Of a DNA stretch of 64,000 bases, positions 50,250-61,249 are shown piece after piece. A program made the position numbers and the translations under genes. Below the pieces are notes generated by a model. It was not told the origin of the DNA. It saw nothing but the letters and a program-made list of their open reading frames with translations, and did not search any database. Where the stretch lies: positions 2,480,001 to 2,544,000 of the forward strand of contig OU015566.1 in assembly GCA_907165135.1 (NCBI GenBank). The letters run 5' to 3'. Within the stretch, counting starts at the first letter, position 1, and each line of letters begins with the position of its first letter. The stretch is from Oikopleura dioica. Taxonomy: Eukaryota > Animalia > Chordata.

Positions 50250-52150
50250 ACTGTTTTTAAGGATATCATACTTTATCTGCATTTCGAAAGTTTATAATAT
50301 GAATTTTAGGATAGACAAACCTTGATTAAATTCATCTCCTTTCGAAACGTTTTGAAAAACTGTCTCAACTTTTTCGACTTGGCGTTTGAATATTTCAAAA
50401 ACGACCTTTTCTCACTCCATTCTTTTTCTCTCCCACACGTAAAATGCGTATAGTAAGGTCCGTCAAGAGTCATTTCTGGGTAAAACTTTCCTTTCTCGAT
50501 TCTCACCATCTATTCCAGACCGTTATCTTTGATCAAAAAGAGTGAAGCTGTAAATCTATCCCGGGCTATACAGAATGTAATTAGCATAAAAGCCGATAGC
50601 GAAACGAGACGATTAATATTAAAACAAGGCAAAGTCGCTTAGGTGCGGTTAATGCTCTGCTATCAATCATTTTTCTTCGCACAAATATCCATTTTTGCAT
50701 CTTTAATCAAGCCAGCAAAATAGGTGAAGGGTCCTCATCTGAACACCTGAGCAATATATTGCAATATATTTTATTGAAGATAACCAAATTGACCACAAAA
50801 ATATTTTTTTATTGTTTGAATAAATTTGGTTCCTAAAAGAGCCTAGACGAAAAATCAAATTTGTTGGAAGATAGATTTGAGTCTTCATGTTATTTATTCA
50901 TTTCAGTAGGTATTCAAGCAAGGAGATAGATCTTTCTCAATACTGTTACTTATTTAAGATCGTCTTAGATATCTATAAATCGATTATCCCACTCTGAACC
51001 CCCTATAGATAAGTAATCTGGTATCTTGAACTTTCCATATCTCGTCGGATCATCGTCATTTTGACTTCCTGTCGCATCTACGAGCTCGGAAAATTGAAGC
51101 TGGGATCGGTGAATCTATAGGATAGCTTGAGCATTCGATGAGGAAGTAGCTAATTTTGATATTCGCATTCTTAAGCAGAGGGGTTCAATGATTGGTATGC
51201 AAAAAAGAAGCCTTTTTTTAAAAGGGGATACCTTATCAGGGACTCGCCAATTAACAGTCTCGAAATAGGGGTCAATTTATTTTTCGGGGTAGTAAACTAG
51301 TACCCCGGAAACTCATCCCCTTAAATCAATACCCACAATATCCTTCCCCTGTTCTCATAAATTTATATCAAATATTCTTTCTCGTCATTTTTCCGTGAAA
51401 TAAATCAGTATTAATAAATTCATCCGTTTTCTGGAAAGCCAAATAATCCGAAAATCTGGTTGTCATGATGGAAAGAATTATAATCGTGATATTGAGAGGA
51501 GGCAAAATAGGATTGTTTTCCACGATCAGGTGAATATTTGTAATTCAAATCTTTCACGTGAAGAAATTCTGAAGAGAAAAAGGAAAATTTTCTTTTGATT
51601 CAAAATTTCAGATCAATATCCTCCCGAGCTCTTGGACCTATTCGTATCTAGATTCTTGACAAACAAGCGGCTTTCTTACTTCCTGTCTTAACTGTGGACC
51701 TGAAAGTCAGCAGACGATTCAATGATACGGTTCAAAAATGATGGCAAGGCGTCGCCCTGAAGGCGAGACGAATGATTCAGTTAATCATCCGTCAGACTCA
51801 TTTTTCAGAAAGTCAAATTGACTAACAGAGTTAGTCCCAGCCTAGGACTCCCAGGAAAGAGCGCGTGGAGGACGAGGAGGCAAGGGATTCACACCAAAAA
51901 TGAATGAAACACCTAAGCAATATATTTTATGAATTAATTTCGCAGGAAAACGGCTATGAAATAATTTCTTCTTCTTTGAATAAATTTGCTTTCTAATAGA
52001 TAGAATGCGAGACTAATTGCTTTTTTGGGTGATATGTCAATTATGATGATATTTATTGAATTCAGTAGGTATTTTGTCTTTCCAATGTGTTCAATTTTTT
52101 TCGTCTTGTCAGGCCGGTCGCTAAATTTATATTCTGACGAGGAGAATCGG
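50250..52150 (-). pseudogene. Two degenerate tandem copies of the neighbouring multi-pass membrane gene
   Basis: Identical 24-mer at 51402-51425 and 53437-53460. ~50744-50910 aligns with ~51910-52070. RKEMNLI / RKRMNLL / RKWMNLL occur in the three copies, with stops or frame breaks. Confidence 0.45.
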
Positions 52151-52289
52151 TAAGCTGATCAAACTTAAAAAATATATTTATAGAAATAATACTTTTGAAG
52201 AACTAACTGGATTTTTCTTGACGGAAATTTTCACGGTTTCTTCGTTGATTTCTCTTTTCTTTGGTCGTGGAAGATCTTTTATAATTTAT

Positions 52290-54358
52290 AAACAGGTTCG
52301 TTCTTTGGCGTTTTTTTCGTTACCTGGAGTTAAGGATTCATTAATACGGACTTGCATTTTCTTGTGATTTCTCTTCATTTTCGACTTTTTATTGCGATTC
52401 GCGCTTCTGCTTGAAGTTGCTCCAAGATCAGCATCGTTGATGTCTCCATCTTCAGTCGATATCGACAAGGACTCTAGAATTCTCTTTCATGAAGCATCTT
52501 CGACGGACTTTACCTCCAAAGGCGTCGAGAGTCAGGCCCAGATTCAGCAGAAACTCGGTAAGGGTGTACCCACGCTTGAAGCTTTTTCTTCGCTTCATCA
52601 TTTTTTCGACTTGTCTGAAGATTTCTTTGAATATTTTTGCAAAGAAATGAAGGCTTACATGGAATGTCGATGAGAAAGAGGCAAGTTTTGTTGTTCGAAT
52701 TCACTTTCTTCTGCCGATACTTCTGCGACGATTCTAAAAGAATCTCGTTAGCTCGGCTTAGCTCGGACAAGCTTGGCTAAGCTCGACTTAGTCTGGCTAA
52801 GCGGAGGATTAGCTCGGCTAAGCTTGGCTAAGCGAAGACTAAGCCCGGCTTAGCCTGGCTGGGCGAAGACTTATCTCGGCTAAGCTAACTAGGCGAAGAC
52901 TTAGCTCGGCTAAGCTTGGCTAGGCGAAGACTTAGCTCGGCTTAGCTTGGCTTGGCGAAGAATAAGCTCGGCTAAGCTTGGCTTAGCAAAGAATAAGCTG
53001 AGCTTTTTGAACGTCAGTGCTGAACTTACCCATAGCAACTGCTGTTATAAAAAATCTGTCCTAGAAAGACTCTGACAAAGTCCCCGTCAATGATCAACAT
53101 GACAAACAAAATAATCAAAGGCTTGGCAATGATCAATTTCTCGAGAATAAAAAGGTAAATCGTCAAACTCGGAATCGAATAATAAGAATTGTCGAAGCAA
53201 TCAAAACGCGCGATATTTTGAAGGATAATGTTGACGATGGCAAGTGTACTTGAAACGATAAGAGCGCCGATGATCGGGAATCGAAGGACGTTGCATTGGA
53301 AGAAGACTTCGTCTTTGTCGAAGTTTCGGTAGTAGGTGAAGATTGAGTAGCTTTCAAGAGATGATTTCCTTGATGGAAGGGTTCTCAGAAAAAGGTACTG
53401 TAATAAAATATTCTTTTCTCGTGATTATCTTGAAACAAATCAGTATTAATAAATTCATCCATTTCCTGGAGAGACAAATTATCAAAAAATGTGGTAATAA
53501 AGCTGCGAAGAATTCTAATGTAAGAATCAGTCGAGGATTTCCATCCATCACAGCCGTATATGAATTCAGATTCATGCTAAAATCATATTGAAATGAGGAA
53601 AAATATGAAAATGAAAATTTGAAATTCAAATTCAAAATACCTGAAGAAAATCGAGTCCAGGAAAAGCGGGGCGATTGAAAAAATCAATGCTGGGAGCCAG
53701 CCAAAAAGAAGGGAGATCAGTTTATGCGACTTTTTTGATGGTTTTTTCAAGAAATTTTCAGACGGCGATTGGCTTGTTGGCCAAATCCTGGCTTCTGATT
53801 GGACGAAAATTTCCCCTCAAAATTTTAATTTCTGCTTGATCTAAACCAATTCCTGTTTCTTGACAAAATTGGGAATCCATTTCACGTCTTCAAAGTCAAT
53901 TTCCATAACAGACACATAAATTATGTCCAAAATGTTGATCACAGTATGGTAGAGTGAGCTAGACATCATGAACACCTTGAGACAGCCGTAGTACATCACC
54001 AAATTGTTGCCAAAAAAGTCGAGAATGATTTCAATGTCTTCTTTCGGAAACGCCAGAAGAATGTAGATTGGAATGTGGATGCTAGAATGCTCGTTATGAT
54101 TAGGTATAGACTAGTGTAATCATTCCGGAAAATTCTTCTTTTGTAACATTGCTTACTGTACCTCACGAGAAGCTCCATAACGTAGATCACCGACTCGCAG
54201 AATATAATCGTCGCTGAAAGGTTCAAAAATCGTCAAAAACTCTGAAATCAAGGAAGAACAGTACCCAAATAAATATTCTCCGTGTGCAGCAGCGCATCTT
54301 CATGAAAATTATACAGCATTCTGAAGAAACAAAACAGGAACATCCCAACTCCCGTCAT
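52290..54358 (-). CDS. Divergent multi-pass (7TM/GPCR-like) membrane protein; frame break near 54080
   Basis: Successive hydrophobic exons, including LLFGWLPALIFSIAPLF (TM4-like W...P) and EFFAALLPHFLIIC (TM5-like), then an S/T-rich loop and further hydrophobic segments. Confidence 0.5.
52748..53003. repeat. Intronic minisatellite, ~31-bp unit built from 10-bp TTAGCTCGGC/TAAGCTTGGC subunits
   Basis: The unit AGGCGAAGACTTAGCTCGGCTAAGCTTGGCT is repeated with variation inside intron ~52737-53029. Confidence 0.9.
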
Positions 54359-54402
54359 GATAATTGCGAACAGCACTGGAAAATATGATTAAATTATTCA
54401 CA

Positions 54403-55831
54403 CTAATATAAACAAAAAAAAAAGATTCTCACCAAAAAAGACCATATAAGCACTTCCGTTGAAAATTTCCGCAGCTTGGATGAAATAAAATTGATTATTC
54501 TTAATTGAAAAATTGAGAATTTGCATTGCTTATTTTTCAATACCTGCCATGGAAGACCACCGCAGACATGGAAGAGTTTGCATTTTCCATCACTTCCATC
54601 TTCATCGAAATCGTCCTGAGTCGAAAAGTACTCGTCCGTTGTATACAAATCGCCTTTGAAAAACGCATAGCGCTCAAGAACTTTGGACCGTTCCAAAAAG
54701 AAATTCTTCTTGTGGAATTGTTTCATCAGCCCTGTCTGCGACCAGCCTTTCCCCTCGAGAATTTCGGTCAAACTTTTTTCCGATTTTTGACAGATTGAAT
54801 AATCAATGGTTGATGGAATGCAAGTGACATTGCTTATCTTTGCGTCCTTTTGATCGTCGAAAGGGATGGAAGAATCGATGATTCTTGAAGAAGAGATTGT
54901 TTCGTTTTCATTAATGAAGCAGTTTTCCTTGTTGTAAGCGATTTTCCCATTAAAAATTTTCGTGCAGTTCCCGATTTTCGCTCTTATATCCGACCATGTC
55001 TCCTCCATCCAAATCGTCGCATCAACATAAGCAGTAGCATCGACTTTCAAAATCACAGCAAGGCCCTTGTTTGCTGAACTAATCGGATAGCGGATGAAAC
55101 GCTGGTTTTCGAGCTCAGTCATATTTGGGTAGTTGCCGTTCTTCTCGTACTCGGCTCGAGTTAGAATTCGGACGAATGGGAGCTTTGTTGGGATATCATG
55201 GTTGTTCAGCTTTTTGTGCTTTTCGATTTGAGTTTCTCTTAATTCCAATTTCCTTCTTGAAAGAGTAAAAAATTGTAAAGCAATCCTGAAAAAAGTTGTA
55301 CCCTCTCTCTTGACTAAGTCGAATATTATGATGAAAGTCGATATAACTCCCTATCGGCATCCAAAGATACTTGTATCTCCTCATCGCAGAGCAATGCAGC
55401 ATCGAGCTCTGTTCCATTTCCCGCATCTGTTCCTCCGAAATCGAGCCATTCCAATAGCCAGGGCAGACTCTCGTTTCTTTCAGTTTATTCGATCGACAGT
55501 TGAAATCGTCTTTTGAGAAGTTGCCGGACCAGTTGAAGTCAGAAATGGAGATTTTATGCGGGTGGGTATCCAAATACTTTTTTATTTCGGACGGATTTGA
55601 AACTGAAAAAGTGACGAAAAAGAAAAAGATTTTTCTTATTTTTTTTTGTAATTTTTCATTTTTCAGATTTTCCTTTAATTTCATTTTTATTAACTCACAT
55701 TTAAAACCAGTAGTGAGCAAACTATCAAGGTCAGGTCTCTCATTTGGAATGTATCTTTCTCCGTCGCTTTCTTTTTTAGGTAATTTTGAGCAAGAAAAAA
55801 CAAGTTTGGCGAAAAAAACGAGTTTTTTCAT
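54403..55831 (-). CDS. Orphan secreted/extracellular Cys-containing protein, possibly the ectodomain of the downstream 7TM-like gene
   Basis: Signal-like MKKLVFFAKLVFSCS. ORFs 55196-55831 and 54403-55248 are joined in frame by a 46-nt GT-AG intron near 55256-55301. Several N-x-S/T sites. Confidence 0.6.
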
Positions 55832-56059
55832 ATCTCCGTTTTTTTTCTCCCAAGCTTAAGAAGTTTTCTTTATGTGGAACGTACTTTACGGCTGAGTGGA
55901 GTAAATTGAAGGCGCGCGGGGAAATATCAAGAGAAATTATCGTAATTAATTGTTCGTAAGTATATTTCTTCTACAACTTTGAGAGATTTTCACATTAAAA
56001 GACACGTTTTTCATAAAAAAAATGAATAAATAAATAACTTTATTGAGGGGATAAACATT

Positions 56060-59000
56060 TTATATGTCAGCAAAAGTCTGGTAGTAAAAGTTTTTGACGC
56101 TCATTTGAGTAGCCGAGTCCGGATGATTCTTGGAAACCATCGCGTAGAGATCGCCGCTGCTGTAAGCATCGCTCGTCGCATAAGTGCCCGTGCCGATCTG
56201 AGTTCCATCAACGCTGACAACGTACTCGAGAGTCGATGGGGATCCAACTTGTTGGTTGACTTCGACAGAATAGGTGTTCCAGTCGCCGTCAGTGCAGGTG
56301 GGAAAGAAAGCGACATGGTGATTCGGCCCGCTTGGATCATTGACGCTGACCGACAGTTGTCCGTCAGTTGGCTGGTCGGAAATCGAAAATTGTCGATTAC
56401 CAGCAGTTCCATCTTGATCGGTGACTGGAGTGTACGTCAAATGAATGATGTTCCTGTAAGCTGTATCGCCGGCGATGTTCTGGCAGAGAATGTCGACGGA
56501 AACCTTTCAAAAGGGCTCTGACCTTTACTCACTACTAGTGAGTCACTAGTTCAAAAAAGCTGAATATGTATCTAAGTCAGCGAGTATTTCAAAGACCGTT
56601 CCTTATAGTTGAGGGCAGCACTGACAGTCGTTATTTGAGTATTTGACGCTGGACTGATTTCGCAGCCATTGACGATTGCAGTGCAATCTGAAAGTCCAGA
56701 GCATGGATCAGTCGCGCAGGAAGGAACATCGGCGAAAGTTTGGTAGTAAAAGTTTTTGACGCTCATTTGAGTGGCCGAGTCTGGGGTATTCTTGGAAACC
56801 ATCGCGTAGAGATCGCCGCTGCTGTAAGCTCCGCTTGTGGCATAAGTTCCCGTGCCGATCTGAGTTCCATCAATGTCGACAACGTATTGAAGGGTGGAAG
56901 GGGATCCAGAAAATTGGGTGACTTCGACAGAGTAGGTGTTCCAGTCGCCGTCAGTGCAGCTTGGATTAAAAACTGCACGATGATTCGGTTCGTTCGGATC
57001 ATTTACGCTAACCGCCAGTTGTCCGTCAGTGGGGATGTCGTTAATTGAAAATTGTCGATGACCAGGAGTTCCATCATGTTCGGTTACTGGATCGTTCGTC
57101 AAGTGAATAATGTTTCTGTAAGCAGTGTCACCGGCGATGTTCTGACAGAGAATGTCGACGGAAACCTTTCAAAAGGGTTCTGATAATTCGAGAAGAGTTA
57201 TTAATATAATATAATAAATGACATGCTACAAAATCTATTAAAGTTTTTGAATATTCGAATAATGACAGAGTTTTTCCTGTGTGTCAGAACTCATACCTTA
57301 TAATTGAGGGCCGCGCTGACAGTCATTATTTGTGTATTTGACGCTGGACTGATTTCACAACCATTGACAATTGCAGTGCAGTCTGAAAGTCCGGCACAGG
57401 GATCAGTGGCACAAGTGGGAACACCAGTAAAAGTTTGGTAGAAGAAGTTTTTGACGCTCATTTGGGTGGCCGAGTCTGGGGAATTCTTGGAAACCATCGC
57501 GTAGAGGTCGCCGCTGCTGTAAGCATCGCTCGTCGCATAAGTGCCAGTTCCGATCTGAGTTCCATCGACGTTGACTACATATTCAAGAGTGGACGGAGAT
57601 CCAGAAACTTGGGTGACTTCGACAGAATAGGTATTCCAATCGCCATCAGTACAGGTTGGATAGAAAGCAGTATGGTGATTTGGTCCACTTGGATCATTCA
57701 CGCTGACCGCCAATTGACCGTCAGTTGGCTGGTCGGAAATCGAAAATTGTCGATTTCCAGGAGTTCCATCTTGATCAGTGACTGGGGTGTACGTCAGATG
57801 AATGATGTTCCTGTAAGCTGTATCGCCGGCGATATTTTGGCAGAGAATATCTACCGAAACCTATCAAACGGGCTCTGATTTTTACTCGATGGTGCAATTA
57901 TTTATTCCGAAATAAAATGATTATATAAGTCAGCAAGTGTTTCAGGGACCGTTCCTTATAGTTGAGTGCGGCGCTGACAGTCATTATCTGAGTATTTGAA
58001 GCTGGACTGATTTCGCAGCCATTGACGATTGCAGTGCAGTCTGAAAGTCCAGAGCAAGGATCAGTCGCGCAAGAAGGAACGTCGGCGAAGGTTTGGTAGA
58101 AGAAGTTCTTGACGCTCGTAAGGTAGGCGGAAGGGAGAGTTCCATCAGATACCTTCGCGTAGAGGTTGCCGCTGCTGTAAGCTCCGCTTGTTGCGTAAGT
58201 TCCCGTGCCAACCTGAGTTCCATCGACACTCACAACGTATTGGAGGGTTGACGGAGAGCCAGAAACTTGGGTGATTTCGGCAGAGTAGGTGTGCCAGTCG
58301 CCATTAGTGCAGGCCGAAACGAACTCAACACGATTATTTCCAGCTGCAGGATCGTTAACATTGATCCCTATTTCATCGGTGTTGTCTGTATCCAAAATTG
58401 CAAATTGCCGACTGCCAACATCGGTTTGATGAGCGCCCGAGTCTTTCGTCAGGAGAAGAATGCTCTTGTAATAAGCGTGACCGGGAACGTCGTGGCATTG
58501 AACGTCTGCTGAAACCTTGAAGTCGGGCGATTACATCATTTTTCAAGTTAAATCAAGACGATTTTGAATGAGAATCTCTACCGCCCGTTCCTTGTAGTTA
58601 AGTGCGGCGGTGACAGTTCCAACTTGATTATTCCATCCAGGATTGACTTCGCAGCCATTGACGATAGCAGTGCAGTCAGAAAGACCAGAGCACGGATCAG
58701 TCGCGCAAGAAGGAACGTCGGCGAATGTTTGATAGTAGACGTTTTTGATGCTGGCTTGGTCGGCGGAAGCGTGACGATTATCGGATATTTTCGCGTAGAG
58801 GTTGCCGCTGCTGTATGCTGCGCTCGTGGCGTAAGTGGCCGTGCCGATCTGAGTTCCATCGACGCTGACAACGTATTGTAGAGTCGAGGGAGTGCCAGAA
58901 ACTTGGCTGACTTCGAGGGTATAGGTATTCCAGTCGCCATTCGTACAGCTATAGGATAACGCTCTTCGATTGTCAGCCTCTGCTGGATCAGCACAATTGA

Positions 59001-60827
59001 TGCCTATTTCACCAGGATTCGCCGAATCCATTATCGCAAATTGCCGACTGCCAATATCGGTGACATGAGCACCTGCATCCTTAGTTAAAAGAAAGATGCT
59101 TCTGAAAGAAGTATCGCCAGCGATATCACTGCAGAGCACATCGGCGGAGACCTTGTAATTGAGGGCAGCGCTGACAGTGGCGACTTGAGTATCAACAGCC
59201 GGGCTGATTTCGCAGCCACTAACAATGACCGTGCAGTCGGAAAGTCCAGAGCATGGATCGGTTGCGCAGGCTTGTAAGTCAGCAAAAGTTTGGTAGTAGA
59301 AGTTTTTGACGCTGGTTTGTGTGGCTGAATCGTGGAAATTGTTTGAAACCATCGCGTAGAGATTGCCGCTACTGTAAGCGTCGCTGGTGGCATAAGTGCC
59401 CGTGCCAATCTGAGTGCCATCAACGCTGACTACGTATTCAAGGGTGGAATGTGATCCAAGATCTTGATTGACTTCGAGGGAATAGGTGTTCCAGTCGCCC
59501 TCCGTGCAGGTAAAAAGGAAGCTTTCCCGGTGATTCGCGCCGTTAGGATCGTTTACATTGATTTCAATATTCTGAGCATTAGGTGTGTCAGCAATCAGAA
59601 ACTGCAAAGCGCCTGCATTTCCGGTTTGGTCGACAACTGGGTCGGTTGTCAAATGAAGAATGTTTCTCGAGGCTGAATCTCCGACGATGTTTGTGCAGAG
59701 AACGTCTGCTGAAACCTACGTTGCGGGCTTGAGAAATATTCTAGCGGTAATTTCTTTTTGCAAAAACTCTTCTTTTTAAATTTCTGAAGCCCCCTTCCTT
59801 GTAATTGAGAGCGGCGTTTACTGTCGTTACTTGATTATTGACAGAAGGATTGATTTCGCAGCCATTAACGACGGTTGTGCAGTCTGAAAGTCCAAAGCAC
59901 GGATCAGCCGCGCAAGAAGAATGGTCGGCAAATGTTTGGTAGTAATAGTTTTTGACGCTCATTTGGGTGGCTGAGTCTGGGTAATTCTTGGAAACCATCG
60001 CGTAGAGATCGCCGCTGCTGTAAGCATCGCTCGTTGCGTAAGTGCCAGTGCCGATATGAGTTCCATCGACGCTGACTACGTATTGGACGGTGGATGGAGA
60101 TCCAACAACTTGGTTTACGTCGACGGAATAGGTGTTCCAATCGCCGTCAGTGCAGCTCGGGAAGAAAGCCGCATGGTGATTGGGCCCGCTTGGATCATTA
60201 ACGCTGATCGCCAATTGTCCGTCAGTTGGCTGGTCGGAAATGGAAAATTGTCGATTACCAGCAGTTCCATCTTGTTCAACGACTGGAGTGTACGTCAAAT
60301 GAATAATGTTCCTGTAAGCAGTGTCGCCGGCGATGTTCTGACAGAGAATATCGACGGAAACCTTTGTTCAGAGGTCTTTTAATAAGAGACTTATATCATT
60401 ATTATCATCAGTAAAAGGCTATCGGAGGATACAATAAAGCAAATTTTGTACTTACAGTAAAAAAGTGGCGCTCGGACGGGAATCAATCCGGAGACTGTTC
60501 ACATTAGATAGAACAGACCCCTCCACAACATCATATCTAGAAACGATAAGAAAATTTTGGCAGTTTTTATGAGATGTTTCATGAAAATAAATAAAGAGAC
60601 CATTCCTTGTAGTTCAGTGCAGCGCTTACAGTCATTATTTGATTATTACTGGAAGGGTTGATTTCGCAGCCATTGACGATTGCAGTGCAGTCTGAGAGTC
60701 CAGTGCACGGATCAGAGCAAATTGTTGTTGAGGTTGTCGTTGTGGTCGAAGTCGAAGTCGTGCTCATAGTTGCCGTCGTTGTTGTTGCCGTTGAGATTGT
60801 ACTCCCTATCGGTCCAACATGGTTTAG
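56060..60827 (-). CDS. Secreted protein with Thr stalk and seven tandem ~165-aa LamG/concanavalin-A-like modules, each preceded by a small Cys linker (start not located)
   Basis: Seven copies of VS.DILC.NIAGD...CT[DNE]GDW[NH]TY...Y.V.VDGTQIGTGTYATS.AYSSG.LYA.VS...VKNF.YQTF, each preceded by CxxDPCxGLSDCT..V.GCE. Confidence 0.9.
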
Positions 60828-61249
60828 CTGATAATACAGCGAAAACGCGAAAAATAGAAAATGAAAGATCTTTGAAAAGAGTTCATAATCTGATGACAAA
60901 TAGATGAAGTGCGAGCGGACTCGAAATTCTGCTTCTACCCAAAATTACATGATCGTCTTACGTTGCGAAGAATCCGAACTCTACCTTATCTATCATTTTT
61001 CTCTCTTATTCTGATTTGCTTTTGATAAACAAGTACTCATGCTCAGTGGCTTCTAGAAATAAAACGGGACCGTTTACAATATCTTTTACAGTAACAAGTT
61101 GTTACTAAAGGACATTCAAATTTTCATTGCTTTGAGTTTCTTTTCTACTCAAGAAAAAACGGTATTTCAAACATCGGACATTTTGAAACGAAAAGAATGA
61201 TATTTCAATATTTATATTTGTTTATTTACAGTTAAAAAGCTTTTTTCTC

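Noticed and set aside
51220-51324. GGGGAT...ATCCCC|TTAA as a fifth TTAA MITE
   Set aside because: Only a 6-bp inverted match, and the left flank is not an adjacent TTAA.
55790-55831. MKKLVFFAKLVFSC resembling a bacterial lipoprotein signal (possible HGT or contamination)
   Set aside because: The gene has spliceosomal introns and host-like composition; an ordinary signal peptide explains it.
56101-60382. Repeated plus-strand ORFs (HRVEIAAAVS...) opposite the 7-module gene
   Set aside because: Antisense shadows of the repeated minus-strand modules.
56060-60827. Regularly spaced repeats with variable spacers, superficially CRISPR-like
   Set aside because: The repeats are ~500-nt coding modules and the spacers are introns; there are no cas genes and the context is eukaryotic.
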